In this document: positions 9,501 to 17,961 of the stretch, in pieces
How the letters are laid out: every line of letters begins with the position of its first letter
How positions within the stretch are numbered: position 1 is the first letter of the stretch
Virus record (IMG/VR): IMGVR_UViG_3300020171_000036
Coordinates: 1-53,183 of that record
DNA: 53,183 nt
Origin: a virus
Lineage: Duplodnaviria > Caudoviricetes
Direction: 5' to 3' (one strand)
The notes under the pieces: model-generated
Told to the model about the DNA's origin: nothing
Databases searched by the model: none
Seen by the model: only the letters and a program-made list of their open reading frames with translations
Translations under genes and position numbers: made by a program

Positions 9501-9824
9501 ATGAAGAACCCAAGAACGAAGGTAAATAATTTTATAGGTTGGGAGGTTTATGGAATACGTTGAGGCAATCGGGAGAAACCCAGGGGAAGAATTACAGCAT
9601 TCTCATTTATATGCTGTTGACGAAACACACAATTATATTCCAATGTGTATTTATGGCTGGAATCGTAGCGATGGTAAACGATTATCAATTTTTCGTGGAC
9701 ATAGTGGAGCGAAGGGTCTTTGTAAGATATGCGAAAAACGAGCTAATGCAGGATTATCGCCAGTAAAATCTGAAAATGCACAGCATAAAACAAAATGGTT
9801 ATAATGAAGAACCCAAGAACGAAG
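9501..9824 (+). repeat. 21-bp direct repeat ATGAAGAACCCAAGAACGAAG at 9501-9521 and 9804-9824
   Basis: Exact copies flanking ORF 9550-9804. Confidence 0.85.
9550..9804 (+). CDS. hypothetical protein
   Basis: 84 aa, GGAGG RBS, H/C residues. Confidence 0.65.
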   Translation: MEYVEAIGRNPGEELQHSHLYAVDETHNYIPMCIYGWNRSDGKRLSIFRGHSGAKGLCKICEKRANAGLSPVKSENAQHKTKWL

Positions 9825-9861
9825 CCAGATGATAACTCTTAACAGTTTAAAAGGAGGCTAT

Positions 9862-10014
9862 ATGAAATATAAAATTGGTGATCTGGTAGCAGATGAAGAT
9901 GGGAACTCTGGTATTGTATGTATTAAATGGGATGATGGCGATCTGTGCGAGCTTGAGAATGATGCAGCACACCCCAACCCGATTATTGTAGGGGAGTGGC
10001 CTCCTGAAAAGTGA
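9862..10014 (+). CDS. small SH3-like hypothetical protein
   Basis: AAGGAGG RBS before MKYKIGDLV...CIKWDDG. Confidence 0.55.
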   Translation: MKYKIGDLVADEDGNSGIVCIKWDDGDLCELENDAAHPNPIIVGEWPPEK

Positions 10015-10194
10015 TTTATGAAAAAAATAGACATTATTACAAACTGTTTAGAATGTTCATGGTTTGTTGTGACTAAGAATTTCTGTGGACTCTCGCAGAG
10101 AACAATCATTTTAGACGGCGGTGGGTTTCCTAATTGGTGTCCATTGCCAGATGCGACTAACCCAGCAGAAGAACCTGAAGCCAGATAATAAATC

Positions 10195-10223
10195 TTGACA
10201 TAAGTTTATAAGTAGGATAGGGT
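10195..10223 (+). promoter_or_regulatory. sigma70-like promoter
   Basis: TTGACA-17 nt-TAGGGT. Confidence 0.55.
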
Positions 10224-10291
10224 AGTGGAAAGGATAAAATTCTATGAGAAGAAGTCTCGGCTCTCAAATAATCACATTTAAAAATAGAAAT

Positions 10292-10355
10292 GGCGTTTTG
10301 ACAATCAGACAGCGCAATGCTGTTTGTGAAGACCGAGACCTTCAGTCAAAGCGCC
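10292..10355 (+). ncRNA. C4/CI-like antisense RNA candidate
   Basis: Outer stem GGCGTTTTGAC/GTCAAAGCGCC, two inner hairpins, loop ACCGAGAC complementary to upstream GTCTCGG (10254-60). Confidence 0.5.
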
Positions 10356-10387
10356 TTTTGTGTTTTTAAGCGAGGTTGATATTATGA

Positions 10388-11386
10388 TTGAAAGGAATGT
10401 TTATGGAATTAATTAAATGGAATAAAGCAAAGCAAGCTATTATTGAAGCTAAAACGATTGATGAGATAAAAGACATACGAGATAAGGCACAAGCTATGAA
10501 AGCCTATGCAAAGCAAATAGGTGAATCGCTTGAAGTACAGAACGATATTGCCGAAATTAAGATTAGGGCAGAGCGTAGAGCTGGTGAGATATTACAAGAA
10601 ACCGAAAAAGCAAAAGGTTCTGATTATGCTGGAAGATTAGATTTAGATGGTAACAGAGTGTTACCGTCTAACCCACCACCCACACTTGAAGAAATAGGTA
10701 TTACTAAAATTCAATCTTCACGTTGGCAAGCAACTGCAAGTTTGCCAGAAGATGTTTTTGAAAAACATATTGTTGAAACTAAAGGCGGTGGAAAAGAGCT
10801 TACAAGTTCAGGTGTTTTAAAAATAGCTTTAAAAGAAAAAAAGGCTCAAGAAAAAGAGGAATTAAAAGAAAATCCAATACAATTACCAGCCAACAAATAC
10901 AATGTTTTATTGTGTGATCCGCCCTGGGAATATAGAAATACTGGTTTTGAAATGAGTGCCGAAGGCCAATATTCAACTATGAGTATTGAAGAATTGCAAA
11001 CATTAAAAATTGAAGATTTGGCTTATGAAAATTCTATTATGTTTATGTGGGCTACAAATCCACTTTTAAAAGAAGCTATTGAGCTTTTGGAGTATTGGGG
11101 TTTTAATTATAAAACTAATTTTGTTTGGATTAAAACACGTCATACTGCTGGCTTCTATGTTTATGGCCAACATGAATTATTGTTAATAGGTGTTCGTGGA
11201 AGCATGTTGCCAATGGGAGAAAAATATAAAAGTATAATTCAAGGAGAAAATATAAAACATAGCAAAAAACCAGACATTGTGTATGAAATAATTGAAACTA
11301 TGTATCCACAAGCAAAATATTTAGAATTATTTCATCGTGGCATTAAGAGGAAAAATTGGGAGGGATGGGGTTTTGAGAGCGAATAA
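10388..11386 (+). CDS. MT-A70 family adenine methyltransferase
   Basis: DPPW motif, FMWATNP, WGFNYKTNFVWIK, HSKKP, LELF. Confidence 0.9.
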   Translation: MKGMFMELIKWNKAKQAIIEAKTIDEIKDIRDKAQAMKAYAKQIGESLEVQNDIAEIKIRAERRAGEILQETEKAKGSDYAGRLDLDGNRVLPSNPPPTLEEIGITKIQSSRWQATASLPEDVFEKHIVETKGGGKELTSSGVLKIALKEKKAQEKEELKENPIQLPANKYNVLLCDPPWEYRNTGFEMSAEGQYSTMSIEELQTLKIEDLAYENSIMFMWATNPLLKEAIELLEYWGFNYKTNFVWIKTRHTAGFYVYGQHELLLIGVRGSMLPMGEKYKSIIQGENIKHSKKPDIVYEIIETMYPQAKYLELFHRGIKRKNWEGWGFESE

Positions 11387-11894
11387 AAATTATAATGGTA
11401 GTTTAATGGAAGCTGGTAAAATAGCAGAGGAAATTGTCTTTAAATGGCTTAAAGAAAATCCTTATGGAAAAGAAGTTATAGATACCAGAGAATTTAGATT
11501 TTCACAAAGACTTGATGTTGATTGTGGTATAGAAGATATGCACGGCAGGATTGTTTTAGGAGAAATTAAATCTGATAAGTGGCTTGGTAAATCACAAAAC
11601 ATTCTTTTTGAAACCAACAGAATTAATCATTTTGTACCGCCATATTTTTATTTAGGTTGGGGATGGCGATCCCCAGCGGAGCGTCTTTATTATTATTCTC
11701 CACATCTAAATGCAATATATGTTTTTAAATTTACTGAATTAAGAAAACAAATAGGGATTATTATTAGCCAAACATCTCCAGAAATACTTCACGGTTGGAT
11801 AAAAATAGTTACAACCGATAAGCAAAAAACTACTTTTAATTTTGTTATTCCAGAAGAGTTATTAATAAACTGTTTTAAAATATACAAATTATAG
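11337..11894 (+). CDS. PD-(D/E)XK nuclease-like protein
   Basis: G..AE, DVD...GEIKSD, NILFE, GW...S.A..L.YY. Confidence 0.6.
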   Translation: MALRGKIGRDGVLRANKNYNGSLMEAGKIAEEIVFKWLKENPYGKEVIDTREFRFSQRLDVDCGIEDMHGRIVLGEIKSDKWLGKSQNILFETNRINHFVPPYFYLGWGWRSPAERLYYYSPHLNAIYVFKFTELRKQIGIIISQTSPEILHGWIKIVTTDKQKTTFNFVIPEELLINCFKIYKL

Positions 11895-11905
11895 AGTGTT
11901 AAATT

Positions 11906-12637
11906 ATGGCTAAAGGACGCATGTTACAGAATCGTATTTCTAAGAGCCAAAAGTTAGCCAGTCTTTCTAATGACACAGTTCGCCTTCTTTATACCTGGCT
12001 ACTTTCACACCTCGACATTAACGGCAATTTTTATGCTGATCCTGTAATGGTTAACAATTTGGTTTTCACTCGGCTTGGACATTCTGTTAAAACAATTTCC
12101 AACTCACTTGATGAAATGGCAGAAAAAGGATTGATTGTAAGGTATAAGATTAATGGTGAGGTTTACCTTAACTACCCTGATTTTAACGAAAAACAACCTG
12201 CCTTAAACCCTGCGAGAGAAACAACTCCTGAAATTCCTAATATAACTCAAGAGTCAATCTTACATGACGCAAGCGTTACTCCTGCACAAATTAAGATAAG
12301 TAAAGATAATATATATAACGTCAAAAACAGCGTCAAAAAAAAAGAGCATGACGCAAACCTTGAACAGAGTTTTACAGAATTTTGGAATGCCTACCCCAGA
12401 AAGGTAAATAAAAAAGAAGCTAAGCAAAAATGGTTTAAAGCTAAATTACCTAACCTTTCCATTATTTTAAAAGCTCTTGCAATACAAAAACAATCCGAGT
12501 CATGGCAAAAAGACGGTGGTAAATATATACCACATCCAACCACATGGTTGAATCAAGAACGTTGGAACGATGAAATAACTATTGAGAGAATAGAACCAAA
12601 CGGATATCAGCCACCATTGGAGGAAATCTTAGCATAA
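11906..12637 (+). CDS. phage replication initiator
   Basis: N-terminal wHTH-like region; FTEFWNAYPRKVNKKEA and YIPHPTTWLNQERWNDE; upstream of DnaB. Confidence 0.85.
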   Translation: MAKGRMLQNRISKSQKLASLSNDTVRLLYTWLLSHLDINGNFYADPVMVNNLVFTRLGHSVKTISNSLDEMAEKGLIVRYKINGEVYLNYPDFNEKQPALNPARETTPEIPNITQESILHDASVTPAQIKISKDNIYNVKNSVKKKEHDANLEQSFTEFWNAYPRKVNKKEAKQKWFKAKLPNLSIILKALAIQKQSESWQKDGGKYIPHPTTWLNQERWNDEITIERIEPNGYQPPLEEILA

Positions 12638-13995
12638 TGGATGAATTATACAAAGTTCCTCCGCAGAACCTACCCTATGAAGAAAGTATTATCGCTGGAT
12701 GTTTGTTGTTTCCCGATGTTTGCGAAGAAACCTTAGACATTCTAACACCAGAAGACTTTTATAAAACAGCTCATCAAAAAATATACAAAGCCATTCTCGA
12801 TTTAAAATTCAAAAAAGAACCTGTTGATTTATTAACTGTTTCTGAAAAATTAAAATCACTTAAAACGCTTGAGGATTGTGGGGGAGCTTATTATTTAACT
12901 AAATTAACAGATGAATGCCCAGTCCCAACACATACTGGGCATACCATTCAAAAAATAAGAGAATGCGCTGTTTTAAGAAAAACCATTGAGATTTGCAGTA
13001 ACACAATTCAAAATTGTTTTAATCTTGAGGATGAACCAGAGAAGGTTATAGACCAATTCCAAACTGATGCTTTAAAAATAGATATAAAAGTTAAAACTGA
13101 GAGTTATATAAGTTTAAAGCAACTTATTATGGAAGGCGAGGATCGGCACGAGCTTATTTATAATAATAAATCAAACATAACTGGTATGCCTGCCGGATTT
13201 AAAGATATTGATGCTGTTACTTGTGGCTTTCAAAAGGGTGATTTAATTATAATAGCTGCGCGGCCATCCATGGGAAAAAGTGCTTTGATGCGGGCAATGA
13301 GCATTAATATGGCTAAAGCGGGTTTTTGTAATTTAATAATTTCCTTGGAAATGTCGAAAGAACAGCTTTGCGATACTATTATTTCAAGCGAAAGCGGAAT
13401 AAATTCAGTTAAATTTAGAAATGGATTTTTTTCAAAAGAAGATTGGATAATTAAAACAGAAGCATCAAGCCGATTGTATGAACTAAATAGTTTTCTTATA
13501 GATAAAGATTGTTTTAGGTTGTTAGATATTTGCCGGATAGCCAGAAGGTTAAAAAAGAAAGAAGATATAGGGGCTGTTTTTATTGATTATTTACAATTAA
13601 TTGAAGGGGATCAGTCAAAGAAAAAGAATTATGAAATTGGCGAAATATCCAGACGATTGAAAATATTAGCAAAAGAGCTTGAAATACCAATAATTTTATT
13701 AAGCCAGTTAAATCGTAAATGCGAAGAAAGAACTGACAAAAGACCACTACTTGCAGATTTGAGGGATTCGGGTTCGATAGAGCAAGATGCCGATATTATA
13801 ATGTTTATATATAGGCATGAAGAATATTTAAGAAAAAAATACCATGAAGACGGCTCAAAAACAGATGAAATGGAAAAATGGGAGGGTAGGGCGGAGCTGA
13901 ATATAGCTAAGCAGAGGATGGGGCCAACACGTCGAGTGAATCTGACGTGGTTAAAAAAGATTGTAACATTTAAGGATGCAACACATGACACATGA
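12637..13995 (+). CDS. dnaB: replicative DNA helicase
   Basis: AARPSMGKS, SLEMS, IDYLQL, LSQLNR, DLRDSGSIEQDAD, KQRMGP. Confidence 0.97.
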   Translation: MDELYKVPPQNLPYEESIIAGCLLFPDVCEETLDILTPEDFYKTAHQKIYKAILDLKFKKEPVDLLTVSEKLKSLKTLEDCGGAYYLTKLTDECPVPTHTGHTIQKIRECAVLRKTIEICSNTIQNCFNLEDEPEKVIDQFQTDALKIDIKVKTESYISLKQLIMEGEDRHELIYNNKSNITGMPAGFKDIDAVTCGFQKGDLIIIAARPSMGKSALMRAMSINMAKAGFCNLIISLEMSKEQLCDTIISSESGINSVKFRNGFFSKEDWIIKTEASSRLYELNSFLIDKDCFRLLDICRIARRLKKKEDIGAVFIDYLQLIEGDQSKKKNYEIGEISRRLKILAKELEIPIILLSQLNRKCEERTDKRPLLADLRDSGSIEQDADIIMFIYRHEEYLRKKYHEDGSKTDEMEKWEGRAELNIAKQRMGPTRRVNLTWLKKIVTFKDATHDT

Positions 13996-14341
13996 AAAGC
14001 CCATAAGAGAAACAGATAAAGACTATCTTGCATACATAAAATCTCAGCCATGCTTGGTATTGAATAGCGAATGTATCGGGGATATAGTAGCACATCATAC
14101 ACTTAGTCGTGGGTCAGGTGGATCTGATTATGGGGCGGTTTGTTTGTGTATGAACCACCACAATAACGTGCATTCTCTGGGCAAAAAAACCTTTCAAGAA
14201 CTATATAATATTAATTTTAATAAGGAAATCATACGGTTATTAGTTGGCTATATAAAAAAGATAAAGTGCAATAAAGCAAATAAAACGAGAAAAGCCATAG
14301 AAAAAGCCCGGTCCGATTCTGAAAGCTGGTCCCGGATATAA
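13976..14341 (+). CDS. DUF968/HNH-like nuclease
   Basis: YLAYIKSQPCLV...AHHT...SDY..V.LC..HH..VH..G..TF. Confidence 0.7.
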   Translation: MQHMTHEKPIRETDKDYLAYIKSQPCLVLNSECIGDIVAHHTLSRGSGGSDYGAVCLCMNHHNNVHSLGKKTFQELYNINFNKEIIRLLVGYIKKIKCNKANKTRKAIEKARSDSESWSRI

Positions 14342-14603
14342 ACTGGAATAAGAAATGATTAAGCCATAGGAGTTGAGGAGAAACAGTCGTCCTAAAAAAT
14401 CGGACAACTGGAATAAGAAATAATATGGAGGAGTGGCGGAATTGGCAAGAAGTTATTTTGATAAATATGCTTGTCATTGATAGACGTATCGGAATTTAAA
14501 GCTGAAGCAGCCCTCGACTTATAATCGAGTTTTCCTAAAGATGCAGGTTTGAATCCAGCCTCCTCCAACCAAATTGGAATAAGAAATGATTAAGCCATAC
14601 TAT
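14342..14603 (+). repeat. junction repeat copies 5-7 (14342-14368, 14406-14421, 14574-14603)
   Basis: TGGAATAAGAAAT(GATTAAGCCATA) three times, flanking a short spacer and the tRNA-like element. Confidence 0.9.
14426..14571 (+). ncRNA. expanded tRNA-like RNA (UAU anticodon-like loop)
   Basis: Acceptor TGGAGGAG/CTCCTCCA + ACCA, D-arm-like GGCGGAATTGG, T-arm GCAGG-TTTGAAT-CCAGC, hairpin CTCGA-CTTATAA-TCGAG. Confidence 0.65.
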
Positions 14604-15728
14604 GAAACAGCAGAAGGCAGTATTTACTGCGGTGATGCTCTGGAGGTATTAAAGAGTATGGAGGATAAAAGTTGCCAGTCGGTGATTACAAGTCCTCCAT
14701 ACTGGTGATGAGGCTTACGAGACTATGAAACTGCTACATGGGAAGGTGGGGATAGTGATTGCAAACATACAATAAGTAGTGGAGATACTGACCCAAAAAA
14801 GATTGGGCAGGAACGAGTTTTTCGTGGCAATAGAAGTGTATGTAGGAATTGCGGGGCTAAAAGAATAGACAATCAACTCGGTCTTGAAAAAACTCCTGAA
14901 GAATATGTCGAAAAAATGGTTGAGGTGTTTAGTGAGGTTAGAAGAGTATTGAAAGATAATGGGACTGTTTGGCTGAATTTGGGGGATAGCTACTTGAGTG
15001 ATGGTAAAAAAGAAATGTCGGTAAAAATAGGGAGTGGAATACAAGCAGATCAACGGGCAAAGAATGAAAACTATAAAGATACAACACCGTCAAGAAATGC
15101 TCGATATTATAAGAATACTAATTTAAAAAGAAAAGACCTTGTAGGCATTCCCTGGCGAGTAGCCTTTGCCCTTCAAGCTGACGGCTGGTATCTCAGGCAG
15201 GACATAATCTGGGCAAAACCGAATCCGATGCCCGAAAGCGTAACAGACAGATGCACTAAAGCACATGAGTATATATTTTTACTGAGCAAGAATGCTAAGT
15301 ATTATTATAATGCTGAGGCGATAAAAGAGCCATTCGTAGACAATAGAATGGGAAATCCTATGGGTGGGGGGCAATATGCGACAGATGCCTTTAAATTATT
15401 AGGAACTCAACATGGTCTCGCAAAGGGCAAATGGAATGAAGATGGAGAAATAATTGGCAGGAATAAACGCTCGGTCTGGACAGTAACCACCAAGCCATAT
15501 AAGGAAGCGCATTTCGCAACATTTCCAATAGCTCTTATAGAACCATGTATATTAGCAGGAACAGATAAAGGAGATACAATACTCGACCCGTTCTTTGGAG
15601 CAGGCACGACAGGCGTGGCAGCTTATAAGCATGACAGGAAGTTTGTAGGTATCGAATTAAATCCTGAGTATGTAGAGATAGCGGCCAAGCGTATAGAAGC
15701 AGAAGCAAGCCAGTTAAAGCTGTTTTAA
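14586..15728 (+). CDS. N4/N6 DNA methyltransferase (beta class) interrupted by in-frame TGA-TGA; recoded gene or pseudogene
   Basis: MIKPYYE..GDALEVL..VITSPPYW**GLRDY...in frame with ORF 14916-15728 (WLNLGDSY, IIWAKPNPMPES, HFATFP, DPFFGAGTT). Confidence 0.8.
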
Positions 15729-15830
15729 GGGGGCTGAGAGACTCAAGGTTCAACTTTAACTTGGAGGGGCATAGGTAGGTAAGGGGGTAATAATATGTCC
15801 TCATTGTGGAGTAAAATTTGGGATTAAATA

Positions 15831-16127
15831 ATGGCTAAAAAATCACTTTTTACAACCAACTCACAAATTCGGTCAGCGCTTCGCAGATTGTTCCTTCGTT
15901 CCAGAGAAAGAGCAAAGCGACTCAAGGACGATAAATATACTTGCCAGAAGTGCGGCGTAAAACAGAGCAAGGCTAAGGGTAAAGAGGTAAAGGTCGAAGT
16001 GCATCACAAAATCGGCGTAGAAAACTGGTCAGCTCTTTATGATGCAGTCAGGAAATACTTACTTTGCGATCCTGACCATCTTGAAACACTGTGTAAAAAA
16101 TGTCATAAAAGCGAGGAAAAGCCATGA
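15831..16127 (+). CDS. HNH endonuclease-like protein
   Basis: YTCQKCG...VEVHHK...LETLCKKCH. Confidence 0.8.
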   Translation: MAKKSLFTTNSQIRSALRRLFLRSRERAKRLKDDKYTCQKCGVKQSKAKGKEVKVEVHHKIGVENWSALYDAVRKYLLCDPDHLETLCKKCHKSEEKP

Positions 16128-16399
16128 AATGTAGAAAAGAATTAAGCAACGCCTGCTGCTGCGAGTGCGAATTTCAGTTAAAAATTCGTGTTTGCAGTTG
16201 CGGGCGGTGTTCAACCGTAAAAGGGTACGTTTGCATTATGTTTCACGTTCAAGACCATAGCTATTTATGCAGTTATAAAGTAAACAAACATGGTCTGTGC
16301 GAAATGTTCCTAAAGAGGAAAGGAGAAAAAAAGAAAACTGGTATAGCTGGTAAAGAATTAGTTAGAAGATTGAATAAAAAACTTAGTCAAAAGGTTTAA
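16124..16399 (+). CDS. Cys-rich hypothetical protein
   Basis: CCCEC...CSCGRC...HGLCE. Confidence 0.55.
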   Translation: MKCRKELSNACCCECEFQLKIRVCSCGRCSTVKGYVCIMFHVQDHSYLCSYKVNKHGLCEMFLKRKGEKKKTGIAGKELVRRLNKKLSQKV

Positions 16400-16555
16400 A
16401 TATGAAAAAAAGACTTGACAAGTCCCCAGTAATTTAGTATAGAACTTGTCATGTCTAATAGTAATATAAAAGAATATATTTTTGAGTTGCCCGTATTCGT
16501 GAGGATCGGGACACCTATTAGGAATACCTATAGGTCTATTAGCAGCTCAAAAACA

Positions 16556-16599
16556 AAGAACCCTCATGGAGTCGCTAAGCGAGTTTGTGGGGGTTTTTT
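16556..16599 (+). terminator. intrinsic terminator
   Basis: AAGAACCCTCA...TGTGGGGGTTTTTT hairpin with T tract. Confidence 0.6.
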
Positions 16600-16999
16600 A
16601 TTGCCTTTTAAGAAGTGCTGAATTTTCAAGGTAAAAAATAGCACCAGTACCGTCTTGATTAGGAATTTTCAAGAAAATACCGCCTACCATACAGGCACTT
16701 GTGGTGTGGAAAACAACAGTGAGGGCAACGTCTTCCTTGACGACCTTCGACCTGATCCCCCAAAGGGGTCGCCTTCAGGATCAGACTGGCGTATCACCAA
16801 TAAAACATCAATCTGATGTGTCAGGGCAAAGTGACACGATATGACTGGTTAAGATACTTAATGGATAGCCAGGGTGGTTAATGACCACGAGGACACCCGA
16901 GTAATATTCCGTTGTAGAGCATCTTATTGGACTGTAAAAACAACACGGAAAAGCAGGAAACTGTGAACCGATCAGGGATATAAAAGGAAATTATTGCGC

Positions 17000-17185
17000 T
17001 TAATCAGGCCGAACAATAGTATCCTCAAATCCAGTTGGTATTTCGAAATCAAGGTTAAATCCAGCCTGATACACAGCCTCTTTATGTATTAGCTCTCTAT
17101 TGCCTATGTCTACCCAAATCAGCCCGAAAAAGATTATAAAAAACAGGATCATCAGCTCGATAATTTCCTTTTTAATCTCGTTCAT
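17000..17185 (-). CDS. small membrane protein
   Basis: GGAGGT RBS; one hydrophobic helix. Confidence 0.55.
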   Translation of the reverse strand: MNEIKKEIIELMILFFIIFFGLIWVDIGNRELIHKEAVYQAGFNLDFEIPTGFEDTIVRPD

Positions 17186-17378
17186 ATTTCACCTCCATAA
17201 AGTGAGCCACAAGCTCAAGCTCTCCGAGCTGTGAGCATTCAGGGCATAGGCAAGCTGTCAAAGTGCTTGCCGGACTCAGCTGGACTGTAACTCGATATTC
17301 TGCTTCATGTTCGCGGCATCTAAGGCACGGGAACCCGACCGGTGGTAATACTATCCAGGATATTGGTTTTATTTGCAT
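17172..17378 (-). CDS. small zinc-finger protein
   Basis: CLRC...LCPEC; GGAGG RBS. Confidence 0.55.
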   Translation of the reverse strand: MQIKPISWIVLPPVGFPCLRCREHEAEYRVTVQLSPASTLTACLCPECSQLGELELVAHFMEVKYERD

Positions 17379-17562
17379 GATTTATTCCTCCGCGTTATCG
17401 TGCTTCCAACGATACAATAAGTTTGGCTTCTTTGCTTAAATAATTAATTCTATGATCTTTTTCAAGTTTATCAGCATCGGAATTCATACCAATAAGCCTT
17501 AATTTATTAACTAATCTTTGTAGTTCATATCCTGTGTATTCTTTCATGTTTCCTACCTCCTC

Positions 17563-17760
17563 TTAGTTGTTTACTTGTGGCCAGATAGCTCTATACAGAG
17601 CGGTCGGCGTAAAAACTTCCTGCCCCTGCCTTAGCATACTTAATACTGTTCCAATCTTCCAGTATCCTGCGCCCTCTGTAGATTTTAGGCAGTCTTCTTC
17701 TGTTGTGATTTCCCATTTCGCGCCCTTCTCTTTTAGTTTTTTCAAAATTATTGGTTTCAT
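17563..17760 (-). CDS. hypothetical protein
   Basis: AAGGAGG RBS; 65 aa. Confidence 0.6.
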   Translation of the reverse strand: MKPIILKKLKEKGAKWEITTEEDCLKSTEGAGYWKIGTVLSMLRQGQEVFTPTALYRAIWPQVNN

Positions 17761-17961
17761 AGTCCTTCCCTCCTTTTAGTTGTCCTCTATATCACCTCTT
17801 AAACTATTTAACGTTTCTAATACCCTTGCAACCGCATTACAACCAAATCCCATATCCTGCAAATCAACCATTTTGTCGATTGCAATTTCAACCTTTTTTA
17901 TAGCTCGGTCTTTTTCTGTTTGTGTATATTTCATGTTTTTACCTCCCTAAAACCAAACCTG

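Noticed and set aside
12637-13995. Intein in DnaB
   Set aside because: 452 aa with contiguous helicase motifs; no insertion.
14706-14711. Genome-wide TGA reassignment or selenocysteine
   Set aside because: TGA is a normal stop in many genes here (e.g. terL, scaffold, dnaB); the codons are extra relative to the family consensus rather than replacing Trp/Gly/Cys, and no SECIS was recognised.
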